Assembly: GCA_964643995.1 (NCBI GenBank) | Contig: CAZXUJ010000001.1 | Coordinates: forward strand, 273,492-337,491 | Source of the DNA: an uncultured Candidatus Saccharibacteria bacterium | GTDB taxonomy: Bacteria; Patescibacteriota; WWE3; UBA101185; UBA10185 | Length of the DNA stretch: 64,000 nucleotides | Direction: 5' to 3' | Shown: positions 20,710 through 29,884 of the stretch, piece after piece | How the letters are laid out: each line of letters starts with the position of its first letter | Numbering within the stretch: position 1 is the stretch's first letter | Made by a program: the position numbers and the translations under genes | Notes under the pieces: generated by a model | Told to the model about the DNA's origin: nothing | Database searches by the model: none | What the model saw: the letters and a program-made list of their open reading frames with translations, nothing else

Positions 20710-23247
20710 GCCACACTTTTTATATTTCAAGCTGCTACCACATGGACAAGGATCATTTCGTCCAACCATATCAGAGCCCGCTGTAACTTTTTCTATTTTG
20801 ATTTTTCTTCCGAGGTTATCTTTCAACCCGATTTTCTTTTCCTCCGATACGCCAGTTTCAATCTCGCCGTGCTGAAAGTCGAGTTTTTCAGGCTGTGGTC
20901 GAACAGGGCCTGAGGGTACAGCATTTACATTTTCAATTCTAGTAATTCTCTCAACAATCATTCCATACAATTGACCTATCAAAACATCGAAGCGCTCATG
21001 GCCCTCTCTTTTATACTCAACAACAGGGTCTTTTTGGGCATATCCACGCAGACCAATTCCGTCGCGCAAATGTGACATATCAACCAGATGCTCCATCCAA
21101 AGTACATCAATAACCGGAAGCGCCATTTGCCCAACTATGAATGTCCAATGCTTATCACCAAGATCCTTCTCAAACTTTTCCCAAACTTTGGTTAATTCGT
21201 CTTCCTTCGAGTTTGCAACAAGTTTGTTGTAAAACCATTCTTTGTGAGAATCGTTTCCTGCGGACATATCTAAAACACGTCGGCGCAACTTGTAAATTAC
21301 CTCTCGATGAACATTCATAACATCATCCATCTCTACTATCTGTTTTCGGCGATCAAAATTTAGCCCTTCGACTTTCTTCTGAGCATTCTCTATTGCCTTG
21401 CTAACTAAACTTGCTTCAAGAGGAGTCGAATCATCAAGGCCCATACGATTCATGATACTTTCAACCTGTGCACCACCAAAAACTCTCATAAGATCATCCT
21501 GAAGAGATATATAAAATCTCGAGGAACCAGGATCACCTTGACGACCGGAACGCCCTCTTAACTGGTTGTCTATGCGTCGAGACTCATGCCTTTCAGTACC
21601 AATGACATGTAAGCCTCCTACTGACTTAACCTCCGCTTGCTCAGTAGTGTCAGGAGGGTCACCTCCTAAGATAATGTCTACACCACGCCCAGCCATATTA
21701 GTAGAAATTGTGACCGCACCTTTTCGTCCCGCCTGGGCAATTATCAAAGCCTCCTCTTCATGATTTTTAGCATTTAAGATACGATGTGGAACTTTTCGAC
21801 GCTCCAACAATGAATGTAAAATTTCACTTTTTTCAACGGAGGTTGTGCCAACTAACACCGGCTGTCCGACTTTGTTTCGTTCAACAATTTCATCAGCCAC
21901 AGCCTTGAACTTACCACCTTCTGTTTTATAAACCACATCATTAAAATCTTTTCTAACCACTGGATTATTCGTTGGCAAAACTACAACATCTAGTTTGTAT
22001 ATTTTATATAGTTCCTCAGCTTCTGTGACGGCAGTACCTGTCATACCAGAAAGTTTATTGTACATTCTAAAATAATTTTGATACGAGATTTCTGCACGTG
22101 TTCTATTCTCCTGCTGGATATCTACATTTTCTTTAGCTTCGATTGCCTGATGTAACCCCTGTGAAAATCTATTACTTGGCAATAATCGACCCGTAAATTG
22201 ATCCACAATAACAACTTTTCCATCCTTCACCACATAATCACGATCTTTCTCATATAAAGCGTATGCTGTAAGTGATTGTTCAATAAGATGGACAATCTCA
22301 AAGTCTTCTTCATATATATTTCTAGCACCTAACATTTTCTCCACACGGCGTACACCTAGATCAGTCAGTGTTACATTTCGAAACTTTTCTTCAACCTCAA
22401 AGTCAGTGCCTTTTACGAGCTGTTTTACAATGCGGTTAGCATCATGATAGCGTGCAGTAGCCTGCGCACCACTCGTAGAAATAATCAAAGGTGTGCGAGC
22501 AACATCAATCAAAATCGAATCAGCTTCATCGACGATTGCAAAATTGTGAACTCCCCACTCACCAATGGGATTGGTCTGAACCATTTCCTCAAGTGAAAAG
22601 GCCATATTGTCTCGAAGATAATCAAAACCAAACTGATGATTAGTACCATAAACAACATCGCATTTATATGCTTGCTGTCTGGTAACTTCACGTAGATTTT
22701 TAGAATACTGATCTTTAAACTCAGAACTTTCAAAGCTACTATCGTATATGAATGCTCTATCCTCCATCACAACTCCAACACTCACACCCAAGTAATTGTA
22801 TACACTACCCAATAAACCTGCACCATGTCTAGATAAATAATCATTTGGAGTAACTAGATGCGCACCACGACCAGTTAAAGAGTTAAGATACAACGGCAAG
22901 GTTGCTGTAAGTGTTTTTCCTTCACCAGTCTTTTGTTCGGCAATTTTACCTTGATGAAGAACTATTCCCGCCATTAGTTGAACATCATAATGGCGTTGTC
23001 TGAGGGTTCGTTTGGCGCTTTCGCGAACTAGGGCAAAGGCTTCTGGAAGTATGTCATTGAGATAATCTCCCTGACTTGTGGGTTGTTCCTTTTGCAACAA
23101 GGCTCGCCATTCATTAGTTTGATCCTTGATAGCCTCTTGCGACCAACCGCTAAATTTCGACTCTAATGAATTCACTTTATCAACAAGCGAAGTAAGTTTT
23201 TTAAGTTGTTTTTCGTTGGAATCAAATAGTTTACCAAACATTGCCAC
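20677..23247 (-). CDS. secA: Preprotein translocase ATPase SecA
   Basis: 856 aa; DEAD-like motor motifs (MAGRGVDI, GTERHESRRIDNQLRGRSGRQGDPG) and a C-terminal CPCGS...C zinc finger. Confidence 0.97.
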   Translation of the reverse strand: MAMFGKLFDSNEKQLKKLTSLVDKVNSLESKFSGWSQEAIKDQTNEWRALLQKEQPTSQGDYLNDILPEAFALVRESAKRTLRQRHYDVQLMAGIVLHQGKIAEQKTGEGKTLTATLPLYLNSLTGRGAHLVTPNDYLSRHGAGLLGSVYNYLGVSVGVVMEDRAFIYDSSFESSEFKDQYSKNLREVTRQQAYKCDVVYGTNHQFGFDYLRDNMAFSLEEMVQTNPIGEWGVHNFAIVDEADSILIDVARTPLIISTSGAQATARYHDANRIVKQLVKGTDFEVEEKFRNVTLTDLGVRRVEKMLGARNIYEEDFEIVHLIEQSLTAYALYEKDRDYVVKDGKVVIVDQFTGRLLPSNRFSQGLHQAIEAKENVDIQQENRTRAEISYQNYFRMYNKLSGMTGTAVTEAEELYKIYKLDVVVLPTNNPVVRKDFNDVVYKTEGGKFKAVADEIVERNKVGQPVLVGTTSVEKSEILHSLLERRKVPHRILNAKNHEEEALIIAQAGRKGAVTISTNMAGRGVDIILGGDPPDTTEQAEVKSVGGLHVIGTERHESRRIDNQLRGRSGRQGDPGSSRFYISLQDDLMRVFGGAQVESIMNRMGLDDSTPLEASLVSKAIENAQKKVEGLNFDRRKQIVEMDDVMNVHREVIYKLRRRVLDMSAGNDSHKEWFYNKLVANSKEDELTKVWEKFEKDLGDKHWTFIVGQMALPVIDVLWMEHLVDMSHLRDGIGLRGYAQKDPVVEYKREGHERFDVLIGQLYGMIVERITRIENVNAVPSGPVRPQPEKLDFQHGEIETGVSEEKKIGLKDNLGRKIKIEKVTAGSDMVGRNDPCPCGSSLKYKKCGLINSPAHRKG

Positions 23248-23264
23248 CTGATTGTATCACCTAT

Positions 23265-24089
23265 TTATACTAAGTTCAGAGAAAAAAGAGTCAAAAACAC
23301 TACTAGTAATAATCTATACACTATAAAGGCATACAAGGATCTTGTCTTGAGAAACTTCAGCAGAACATCTAGCGCCATATAACCAACTATGAAGCTGGCC
23401 GTAAAACCTAAAATAAGTGGTACCAAACCTACCTCAGCTAACTCAGCATTGGAAGCACTAATTACTTTAAATGAAGCAGCACCTAATACTATTGGGATAG
23501 ACAACAAGAATGAGAAACGAGCCGCATACTCTCGATGTAAACCCAAAAGCATGCCACCAGATATAGTGGAACCTGACCGTGAAAATCCAGGAAACAAAGC
23601 CAAAGTCTGGAAAAGACCAATTAGGAGTGATTTTTTTCCCGTAAGATCCGAATGAAACTCACGTTTCGAATACTTAAATTCTGCATATAACATTAGCATA
23701 CTTCCGAGAAACAACAGTATAGCTGTTGTACCAACACCTCTAAAAGCAGACTCTATGAAATCTTCCAAGAAATAACCTATTAAAGCAGCTGGTACCGAAC
23801 CCAAAATGATAAACAAGCCTAATTTACTCTCATAAGAATATTTATCAGCTTTCTTTTTTTCATTGTTTATTTCGGATATCAAAGATTGTGCAATTTTTTT
23901 AATGTCATTTCTAAAGTAGGTAATTAGTGCAACAGCTGTTCCCAAATGCAGAATCAAATCAAAAACGAGAGGTTGGTTGTTCCAACCAAAGACAAATGGC
24001 AATATGACGAGGTGCCCAGAAGAGGAAATGGGCAAAAACTCAGTCAACCCTTGAACTATACCTAAAACTAAAGCTTGATACCAAATCAT
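23265..24089 (-). CDS. uppP: Undecaprenyl-diphosphatase (UppP/BacA)
   Basis: 274 aa polytopic membrane protein. The N-terminus GLTEFLPISSSGHL is the UppP signature. Confidence 0.9.
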   Translation of the reverse strand: MIWYQALVLGIVQGLTEFLPISSSGHLVILPFVFGWNNQPLVFDLILHLGTAVALITYFRNDIKKIAQSLISEINNEKKKADKYSYESKLGLFIILGSVPAALIGYFLEDFIESAFRGVGTTAILLFLGSMLMLYAEFKYSKREFHSDLTGKKSLLIGLFQTLALFPGFSRSGSTISGGMLLGLHREYAARFSFLLSIPIVLGAASFKVISASNAELAEVGLVPLILGFTASFIVGYMALDVLLKFLKTRSLYAFIVYRLLLVVFLTLFSLNLV

Positions 24090-24778
24090 TATGTTCTCCC
24101 GTAGATTAACATGTTATCAGAATTAGTCTTCCCAGGCACGATAATGGTTTTAATATCCTTCAGGTAAAATTCCAAACTATCTATAAAATTGTGTACGTCT
24201 TCCTGATGATCCTCTAAATATACTCTGTTTACAATAACCAAACCCCCCTGAACCACCATTTTGGCAATATGTGCCAAAAAATTTCCGGACTTGCCTAAGT
24301 CTGGGTATTCATCACCAATAAATATATCTACCACAACTACTTGAAATGAATTATGTTTGAGATTAAACTTATCTGGCTCGATTATTACCCTGCAAGCGTC
24401 ATCCGCAATTATGAAATGATTAGGGATACTAGAAACACTAAAAAACTTTTTGGCAATTTCAACAATGACATCGTCGATATCGACACTCACAATAACTACA
24501 CCCGAAAACTCCTTAGCTAGCATGTGTTGCATAGTTCCACCACCCATACCCAAAACTAAGATGGTTTGTAAATCAGGCTCTTCCTCTTTCAACAGCTTAA
24601 CAGTTCGTCCCCAAACCATTTTTTCCGCGAGTGGGGAATCAGCGTTTATTGACTGTGTGTGGTGATTAACAACAAGTTTTCTAGTGCCAGCATGATCAAC
24701 AACCTCGATGCTGTCGTTGTACTTAGACTTAGCCTTATAAACAACATTTGGTAGTGTTATACCATCAAAGACGGACAT
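24089..24778 (-). CDS. Spermidine synthase-like (polyamine aminopropyltransferase family) protein
   Basis: VLGMGGGTMQHMLAKEFSGVVIVSVDIDDVIVEIAKKFF matches the SpeE Rossmann motif region (GGGDGG...vEID). 229 aa. Confidence 0.65.
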   Translation of the reverse strand: MSVFDGITLPNVVYKAKSKYNDSIEVVDHAGTRKLVVNHHTQSINADSPLAEKMVWGRTVKLLKEEEPDLQTILVLGMGGGTMQHMLAKEFSGVVIVSVDIDDVIVEIAKKFFSVSSIPNHFIIADDACRVIIEPDKFNLKHNSFQVVVVDIFIGDEYPDLGKSGNFLAHIAKMVVQGGLVIVNRVYLEDHQEDVHNFIDSLEFYLKDIKTIIVPGKTNSDNMLIYGRT

Positions 24779-24791
24779 AATTTGTTTGGTT

Positions 24792-26072
24792 CTACCACTT
24801 TTTCTTTCGTATTACTGTCACACCATTCATGTACTTATGTAACACTTCTGGCACTACAATCGAGCCATCCTCCTGCTGATAGTTCTCCAATACAGCAGCT
24901 AAAAGCCTTGGCGTTGCGGCGACGGTGTTGTTAATGGTACTTACAAACTTCAACTCTCCATCGGCTGTTTTATAACGCATGTTAAGTCTACGTGCCTGAA
25001 AGTCTAAAAAGTAAGAATCAGAATGAGTTTCTCTAAACTTTCCTTGTGAGGGAAACCATGTCTCAACATCATATTTTTTACGTTGCCCTGCACCCATATC
25101 TCCAGTGCACATCAATAAGACCTGATATGTGAGACCAAGATGTGTAAGTACACTTTCTGCATAGCCCAACATTTTGTCATGCCACTCTCGTGAAATATCT
25201 TCTCCCTCTGGTAAAAGTACCACCTGCTCAACCTTGGTAAACTGATGGACTCGAAAGATACCTTTAGTATCTTTTCCATGACTTCCTATCTCACGCCTGT
25301 AACAGGGGCTTATACCTACTAACTTTTTAGGTAACTCCTTCTCATCTAAAACTTCATCAGCATAGTACGAAGTAAGAGACACCTCAGCAGTTCCAATAAG
25401 ATTAAGGCCATCCTGGGTTTTATAGTGGTCCTCTTCACCCCATGGAAAATAACCTGTCCCTGTAAAATATTCTGGGCGCACCATCCAAGGAACTGTAAGA
25501 AGATCAAAGCCTTGAGACATCATATAATCTTGTGCGAAACGCAAAATAGCTTGTTCCAGTAGCGCACCTTCATTTTTGAGAAAGTAATTTCTAAACCCAC
25601 CAATTTTCACACCTCTCTCGGTATCGACAATATCCAAATCCAAAGCTAAGTCCAAATGATCTTTAGGAGTGAAAGTATACTCTGGTATGACTCCAACCAC
25701 CTTAACAACCTTGTTACCGCTTTCATCAACCCCGATCGGCACATCAACGGCGGGAACATTAGGAACCCAAAGTAATAACTGATCAACAGTGGCACGTAAC
25801 TCGCTTAGTTCGACCTCCATTACCTTCAGCTCTTCTTTAACTTCGGTAGCCTGCCTGATTAGATTTGCACGTTCAGTTGGCGTAACTTTAGAAATATTGT
25901 CAGACAATTGGTTTCTTAAAGCACGATGTTCCTCAACACGTGTCAACAACTCACGATAGGTTTTGTCTACTTCAAGCAGTTTGTCAATATCAACCGTTCC
26001 AGATAACTGTTTGTCAACAATCGCTTTTTTAACTATTTCAGGATTTTCCCTGATGAATTTAATGTCCAACAT
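24792..26072 (-). CDS. serS: Seryl-tRNA synthetase
   Basis: 426 aa; N-terminal coiled-coil arm (MLDIKFIRENPE...) and a class II core (…GFRNYFLK… FRVHQFTKVE…). Confidence 0.95.
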   Translation of the reverse strand: MLDIKFIRENPEIVKKAIVDKQLSGTVDIDKLLEVDKTYRELLTRVEEHRALRNQLSDNISKVTPTERANLIRQATEVKEELKVMEVELSELRATVDQLLLWVPNVPAVDVPIGVDESGNKVVKVVGVIPEYTFTPKDHLDLALDLDIVDTERGVKIGGFRNYFLKNEGALLEQAILRFAQDYMMSQGFDLLTVPWMVRPEYFTGTGYFPWGEEDHYKTQDGLNLIGTAEVSLTSYYADEVLDEKELPKKLVGISPCYRREIGSHGKDTKGIFRVHQFTKVEQVVLLPEGEDISREWHDKMLGYAESVLTHLGLTYQVLLMCTGDMGAGQRKKYDVETWFPSQGKFRETHSDSYFLDFQARRLNMRYKTADGELKFVSTINNTVAATPRLLAAVLENYQQEDGSIVVPEVLHKYMNGVTVIRKKKW

Positions 26073-26510
26073 TTTCTTAATCCTTTTGAATTTTATAACT
26101 GCGGGTAAAAATTGGGATTTGCTAATGTTGAGCCCAAGGTTTAGCCCTAGAGGCTCAATACTTAAGATTATAAATCAGTATAGTATTGAAGGTGCCAGCC
26201 TTCTGTTTACTTAATTTGCAGCTATGACGGGCATTCCCGACTTGGCATTTCCTCCAAGTAGCTAAGTGAGTGGAAAGCTCACCTCGAAGCTTTTTCAATT
26301 AGATTCATTAAATGAGATTTAATGCAGTTTGTCAAGCTGATTGATTGAAAATCCAAGCTAAAAAATGACTTCTTGATATTCTGATGCATCTAAAAGCTCT
26401 GGACAGGTTGCGCCAGCAGACATATCTACAGCGCGAGGTGATATATCCCTTTCACGGGTCAGTTGCTCATCCGTGTAAAAATACACGGCATATCGTGCGA
26501 TAATAACAAC

Positions 26511-27533
26511 ATGATGGGTAACTCAAATGCAAAAATATTTAAAGAAACTATCCAAATACTAAAAAATTCAAATAACGTGTTTATCCCGATCCACCTCAGT
26601 CCTGATGGAGACAGCGTAGGGTCAGCAATAACCCTGTACCTTCTTGGAAAAGGTTTTGGGAAAAAATGGAATGTATTTTCCACAGATAACATCCCAGACT
26701 ACATAAAGGAAATACTCGATACGTCCATGATCATAGAACGGGCAGATTACGCAAACGTAGATTTTAGTCATTTCGATCTTGCGCTAATTCCGGATATAAG
26801 CGAGGAACGGTTACTTTCCAGAGTAGAAAGTTTTAAACTTCCTGAAAACCTTAAAAAGATAGTAATTGACCATCACGGTGGAAACACAAATTGGGGAGAT
26901 ATGAATCTAGTACATCAAAACATCTCTTCCACCTGCGCAATGCTTTATGAACTACTAAGGGACGAGAAACTACTTACAAATGATATGTTCCCTTACATCA
27001 CATATGGGATTCTCACAGATACAGGAATATTTAAGAACGCGGATACTTCAGCTCGAGACTTTACATACCTTGGTGAAATATTTGATGGGGGATTCAATGT
27101 GTCAGCACAAATTGGTGAGATGAAAAAGGAAAATGTTGAACAAAAGATTTTCAAAAAAATAATATACAAAAATTTAGAAGTGAATAAAGAAAAAAAATAC
27201 GTCTTCTCGTATTGCACAATGGAGGACCTGAAAACCTATAAACTAGAAGAAAGTAATAAAAAGTTCGGAAATGGGATTTCGGAGCTTATAAACATAAAAG
27301 ACTATGATTTTGCTTTCTTTATCTCTGAAAAAGAGGAAAAACACAATAAAAAATATACAGTTTCATTTAGATCAATTAACTACAATTTCGATGTCTCAGA
27401 AATCGCTAACAAGCTTGATAAAGGTGGAGGACACAAAACTGCCTCGGGTGGATTGATAACTGACTGCGAAAACATAGAAGAAGCAATTGCAAAAATTGTT
27501 TGGATTATTTCTTCAACTCAGACATCCCGTTAA
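26511..27533 (+). CDS. DHH/DHHA1 family phosphoesterase (NrnA-like nanoRNase/pAp phosphatase)
   Basis: HLSPDGDSVGS (motif I/II) and DHHGGN (DHH motif), with a C-terminal GGGH (DHHA1). I moved the start to the internal Met because the track start at 26463 uses an upstream extension. Confidence 0.8.
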   Translation: MMGNSNAKIFKETIQILKNSNNVFIPIHLSPDGDSVGSAITLYLLGKGFGKKWNVFSTDNIPDYIKEILDTSMIIERADYANVDFSHFDLALIPDISEERLLSRVESFKLPENLKKIVIDHHGGNTNWGDMNLVHQNISSTCAMLYELLRDEKLLTNDMFPYITYGILTDTGIFKNADTSARDFTYLGEIFDGGFNVSAQIGEMKKENVEQKIFKKIIYKNLEVNKEKKYVFSYCTMEDLKTYKLEESNKKFGNGISELINIKDYDFAFFISEKEEKHNKKYTVSFRSINYNFDVSEIANKLDKGGGHKTASGGLITDCENIEEAIAKIVWIISSTQTSR

Positions 27534-29619
27534 ACACATTAATCAACAACTGAACGTGTTCGGTAAAATCTTTCTCAAACTTACCTAAACCATATTCAAT
27601 ATCTTCACGACTAATTTTTGCAGCAAATGACTTATCCTTAAATTTCTTTTTAATAGAACTGGCTTGCATCCCCTCAAAGCCTTCGGGACGCATTAGGGAG
27701 TAGGCATACAAAAATCCGGACATTTCATCAACAGCACAAAGTGCAGAAGCTAGTCTGGTTGCTGGCGCAGTCCCAAGTCTGTCATGAGCATGTGCCGCAA
27801 CAGCGTGAATAAGTTGTTCTGGATAACCCCAGTCCTTAAACCATACTAGAGATTTGCTAGGGTGCTCGTCAGGATGTAAATGGTAATCCAGATCATGTAA
27901 TAAACCTGTCACATACCAAAGATCTGCATCTTCACCTAGTTCTTTTGCATAAGCTTCCATAGCTGCGGCAACCATTTTTGCATGGAGTTTTTGATACTCG
28001 TCCCCAACATACTTTTCTAACAAATCATGTGCTTGTTCCCGGGTGGGCAACCCATCAACGCTGGCAGAGATACTTTCGCCAGACGATTTAGCAGTTGCAC
28101 CAGTCAAAGAGATATCCTCGAGACCATAAATTTCCTTGGTAGTATCATCAATGTGATGCTTCAACTGCGGAAATGGTACACCCTCACGAGCGGTGACATC
28201 CTCTAAAAACCAAAAAACTCTTTCACTGTGGCCATAACCAAATGTTGGTGGCATCCCGTATTCGAGCATTTCTACGTAATCTATGTCCAACCACTGCGCC
28301 TCATCATCACCGGCCTCACGCAAGTTCTGTTGCTCCTGAAAACGCTCCAGCTGGTCGATAGGATCGTTTAACTCAGACCAACCATTACCAAGTTCGGAAC
28401 CAGCGATTATCGGTTGAAATCGTTCAGTAATATTGGGATTTTCCGCTTTTGATTTCGCAAGCGGAGAAATATATTTAGGATGATTTATTAAAAACGCTGG
28501 ACCAGCAATTTCTTTTCTCAAAATTTTCCAAAGATTATCTACACCTCTGTGCACGTTTGCTACCGATTCTTCATCAAGACCAGCTTTTCTTCCAGCCTTT
28601 TGAACTTCTTCCAAAGTAGCAGCATAAATATCAATCCCAAATCTCTTGAGCATGATATCTTTAAAATCTATTACTTCCCACTTGTCTTTGAATTCAATGT
28701 CAAAACCTCTGATATGAAATTTTTTCTTACCCTCATACACATAATCTAAAACACAATTAAACAAATCTTGAATAAAGGTCATTCCCTCTTCCCAGCTGGC
28801 ATACGCCCAATAAAACTCCATAGCCATATGCTCAGGCAAATGCTCATCAGAAAGCCCTTCATTTCTAAAACGTGGGCCAATCTCGTAAACTTTCTCGTAA
28901 CCACCACCTATCAGCCTTTTCAGATAAAGCTCATGAGAAATCCTCAAGAAAAAGTCCTGATCAATAGAATCCATATGAGTAACAAAGGGATTTGCATCGG
29001 CACCACCAGGAATTTGTTCTAACACAGGGATATTGATCTCATAAAAACCCCGCTGCTTAAAAAATTGTCTGTGTGCTTCCCAAAATTTTGCGCGTCTAAT
29101 AAATCGCTGGTAAACGTCGTCATTTACATTGGTATCAAGGTATCGGCGTCTCATCCTAATCTCACGGTCTTGCAAACCATCATGTTTGTCAGGAAGAGGA
29201 CGTAAAGCTTTGGTTAACAGGCGTATATAATCAGCTTCTACCGAGATTTCTCCAGCTTTAGTTTTAACAACCTTTCCAGAGACTTCTACAAAATCCCCCA
29301 TATCAAAAAGATATAACTCGTCATAACTAAGTCTTCCTTGGGAATAATCAGAAGAGCTAAGATTCTCTGCCTTCAAATAAAGCTGAACAACACCACTAGC
29401 ATCCTTCAAATCAAAAAAGCTTATTTTACCGTGGCTTCGCATAGAACTTATACGACCAGCTACGCTAACAACTGTAGTCTCCAGTTTTTCGAAGTCCTTT
29501 ATAACCTCAGCATTATTCAAAGTTTTTGCGGTTCTTGCGGGATATGGATTAACACCAAGTTCTTGAAGTTTTTTTAATTTTTCCAATCTTACATTCCTTA
29601 GTTCTTGTAGTGTAGCCAT
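27505..29619 (-). CDS. lysS: Lysyl-tRNA synthetase (class II) fused to a C-terminal HD-domain (YqeK-like) module
   Basis: The N-terminus MATLQELRNVRLEKL... with OB-fold and class II core is LysRS-like up to about residue 490. Residues ~495-704 carry the H...HD...H...HAHD metal-binding signature of HD phosphohydrolases. Confidence 0.9.
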   Translation of the reverse strand: MATLQELRNVRLEKLKKLQELGVNPYPARTAKTLNNAEVIKDFEKLETTVVSVAGRISSMRSHGKISFFDLKDASGVVQLYLKAENLSSSDYSQGRLSYDELYLFDMGDFVEVSGKVVKTKAGEISVEADYIRLLTKALRPLPDKHDGLQDREIRMRRRYLDTNVNDDVYQRFIRRAKFWEAHRQFFKQRGFYEINIPVLEQIPGGADANPFVTHMDSIDQDFFLRISHELYLKRLIGGGYEKVYEIGPRFRNEGLSDEHLPEHMAMEFYWAYASWEEGMTFIQDLFNCVLDYVYEGKKKFHIRGFDIEFKDKWEVIDFKDIMLKRFGIDIYAATLEEVQKAGRKAGLDEESVANVHRGVDNLWKILRKEIAGPAFLINHPKYISPLAKSKAENPNITERFQPIIAGSELGNGWSELNDPIDQLERFQEQQNLREAGDDEAQWLDIDYVEMLEYGMPPTFGYGHSERVFWFLEDVTAREGVPFPQLKHHIDDTTKEIYGLEDISLTGATAKSSGESISASVDGLPTREQAHDLLEKYVGDEYQKLHAKMVAAAMEAYAKELGEDADLWYVTGLLHDLDYHLHPDEHPSKSLVWFKDWGYPEQLIHAVAAHAHDRLGTAPATRLASALCAVDEMSGFLYAYSLMRPEGFEGMQASSIKKKFKDKSFAAKISREDIEYGLGKFEKDFTEHVQLLINVFNGMSELKK

Positions 29620-29661
29620 AGCAGGTATATTAACATCTTTTTACCTTGAATTTAAGAAGAA

Positions 29662-29678
29662 GGAGAGGGGGATCTAGG
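29662..29678. repeat. Left arm of an inverted repeat pair (GGAGAG + GGGGATCTAGG, followed by T9). The partner is at 29803-29821
   Basis: Seen directly. CCTAGATCCC at 29812-29821 is the reverse complement of GGGATCTAGG, and CTCTCC at 29803-29808 is the reverse complement of GGAGAG. Confidence 0.45.
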
Positions 29679-29692
29679 TTTTTTTTTGTTTT

Positions 29693-29797
29693 TTACCAAT
29701 CTCTCTCGATTTCCTGATTTTCAAGTTTCAGATTGTCTTCTACCCACCATACGACCGATCCGACTACAAATGCAATCACTACTAATATAACTAACAT
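29693..29797 (-). CDS. Small hydrophobic peptide (34 aa, MLVILVVIAFVVGSVVWWVEDNLKLENQEIERDW) upstream of lysS
   Basis: ATG preceded by a strong Shine-Dalgarno sequence (AGGTGAGGAGAG, 5-nt spacer); single predicted TM helix. It was too short for the ORF track and is flanked by the inverted repeats. Confidence 0.4.
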   Translation of the reverse strand: MLVILVVIAFVVGSVVWWVEDNLKLENQEIERDW

Positions 29798-29802
29798 GGT
29801 TT

Positions 29803-29821
29803 CTCTCCTCACCTAGATCCC
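29803..29821. repeat. Right arm of the inverted repeat pair (CTCTCC + CCTAGATCCC)
   Basis: See the left arm at 29662-29678. Confidence 0.45.
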
Positions 29822-29884
29822 TGTATACATTGTACACTCAGTATGCCTTCTGATAATAACTAAAACAATGTAAAATAGGGTTAT

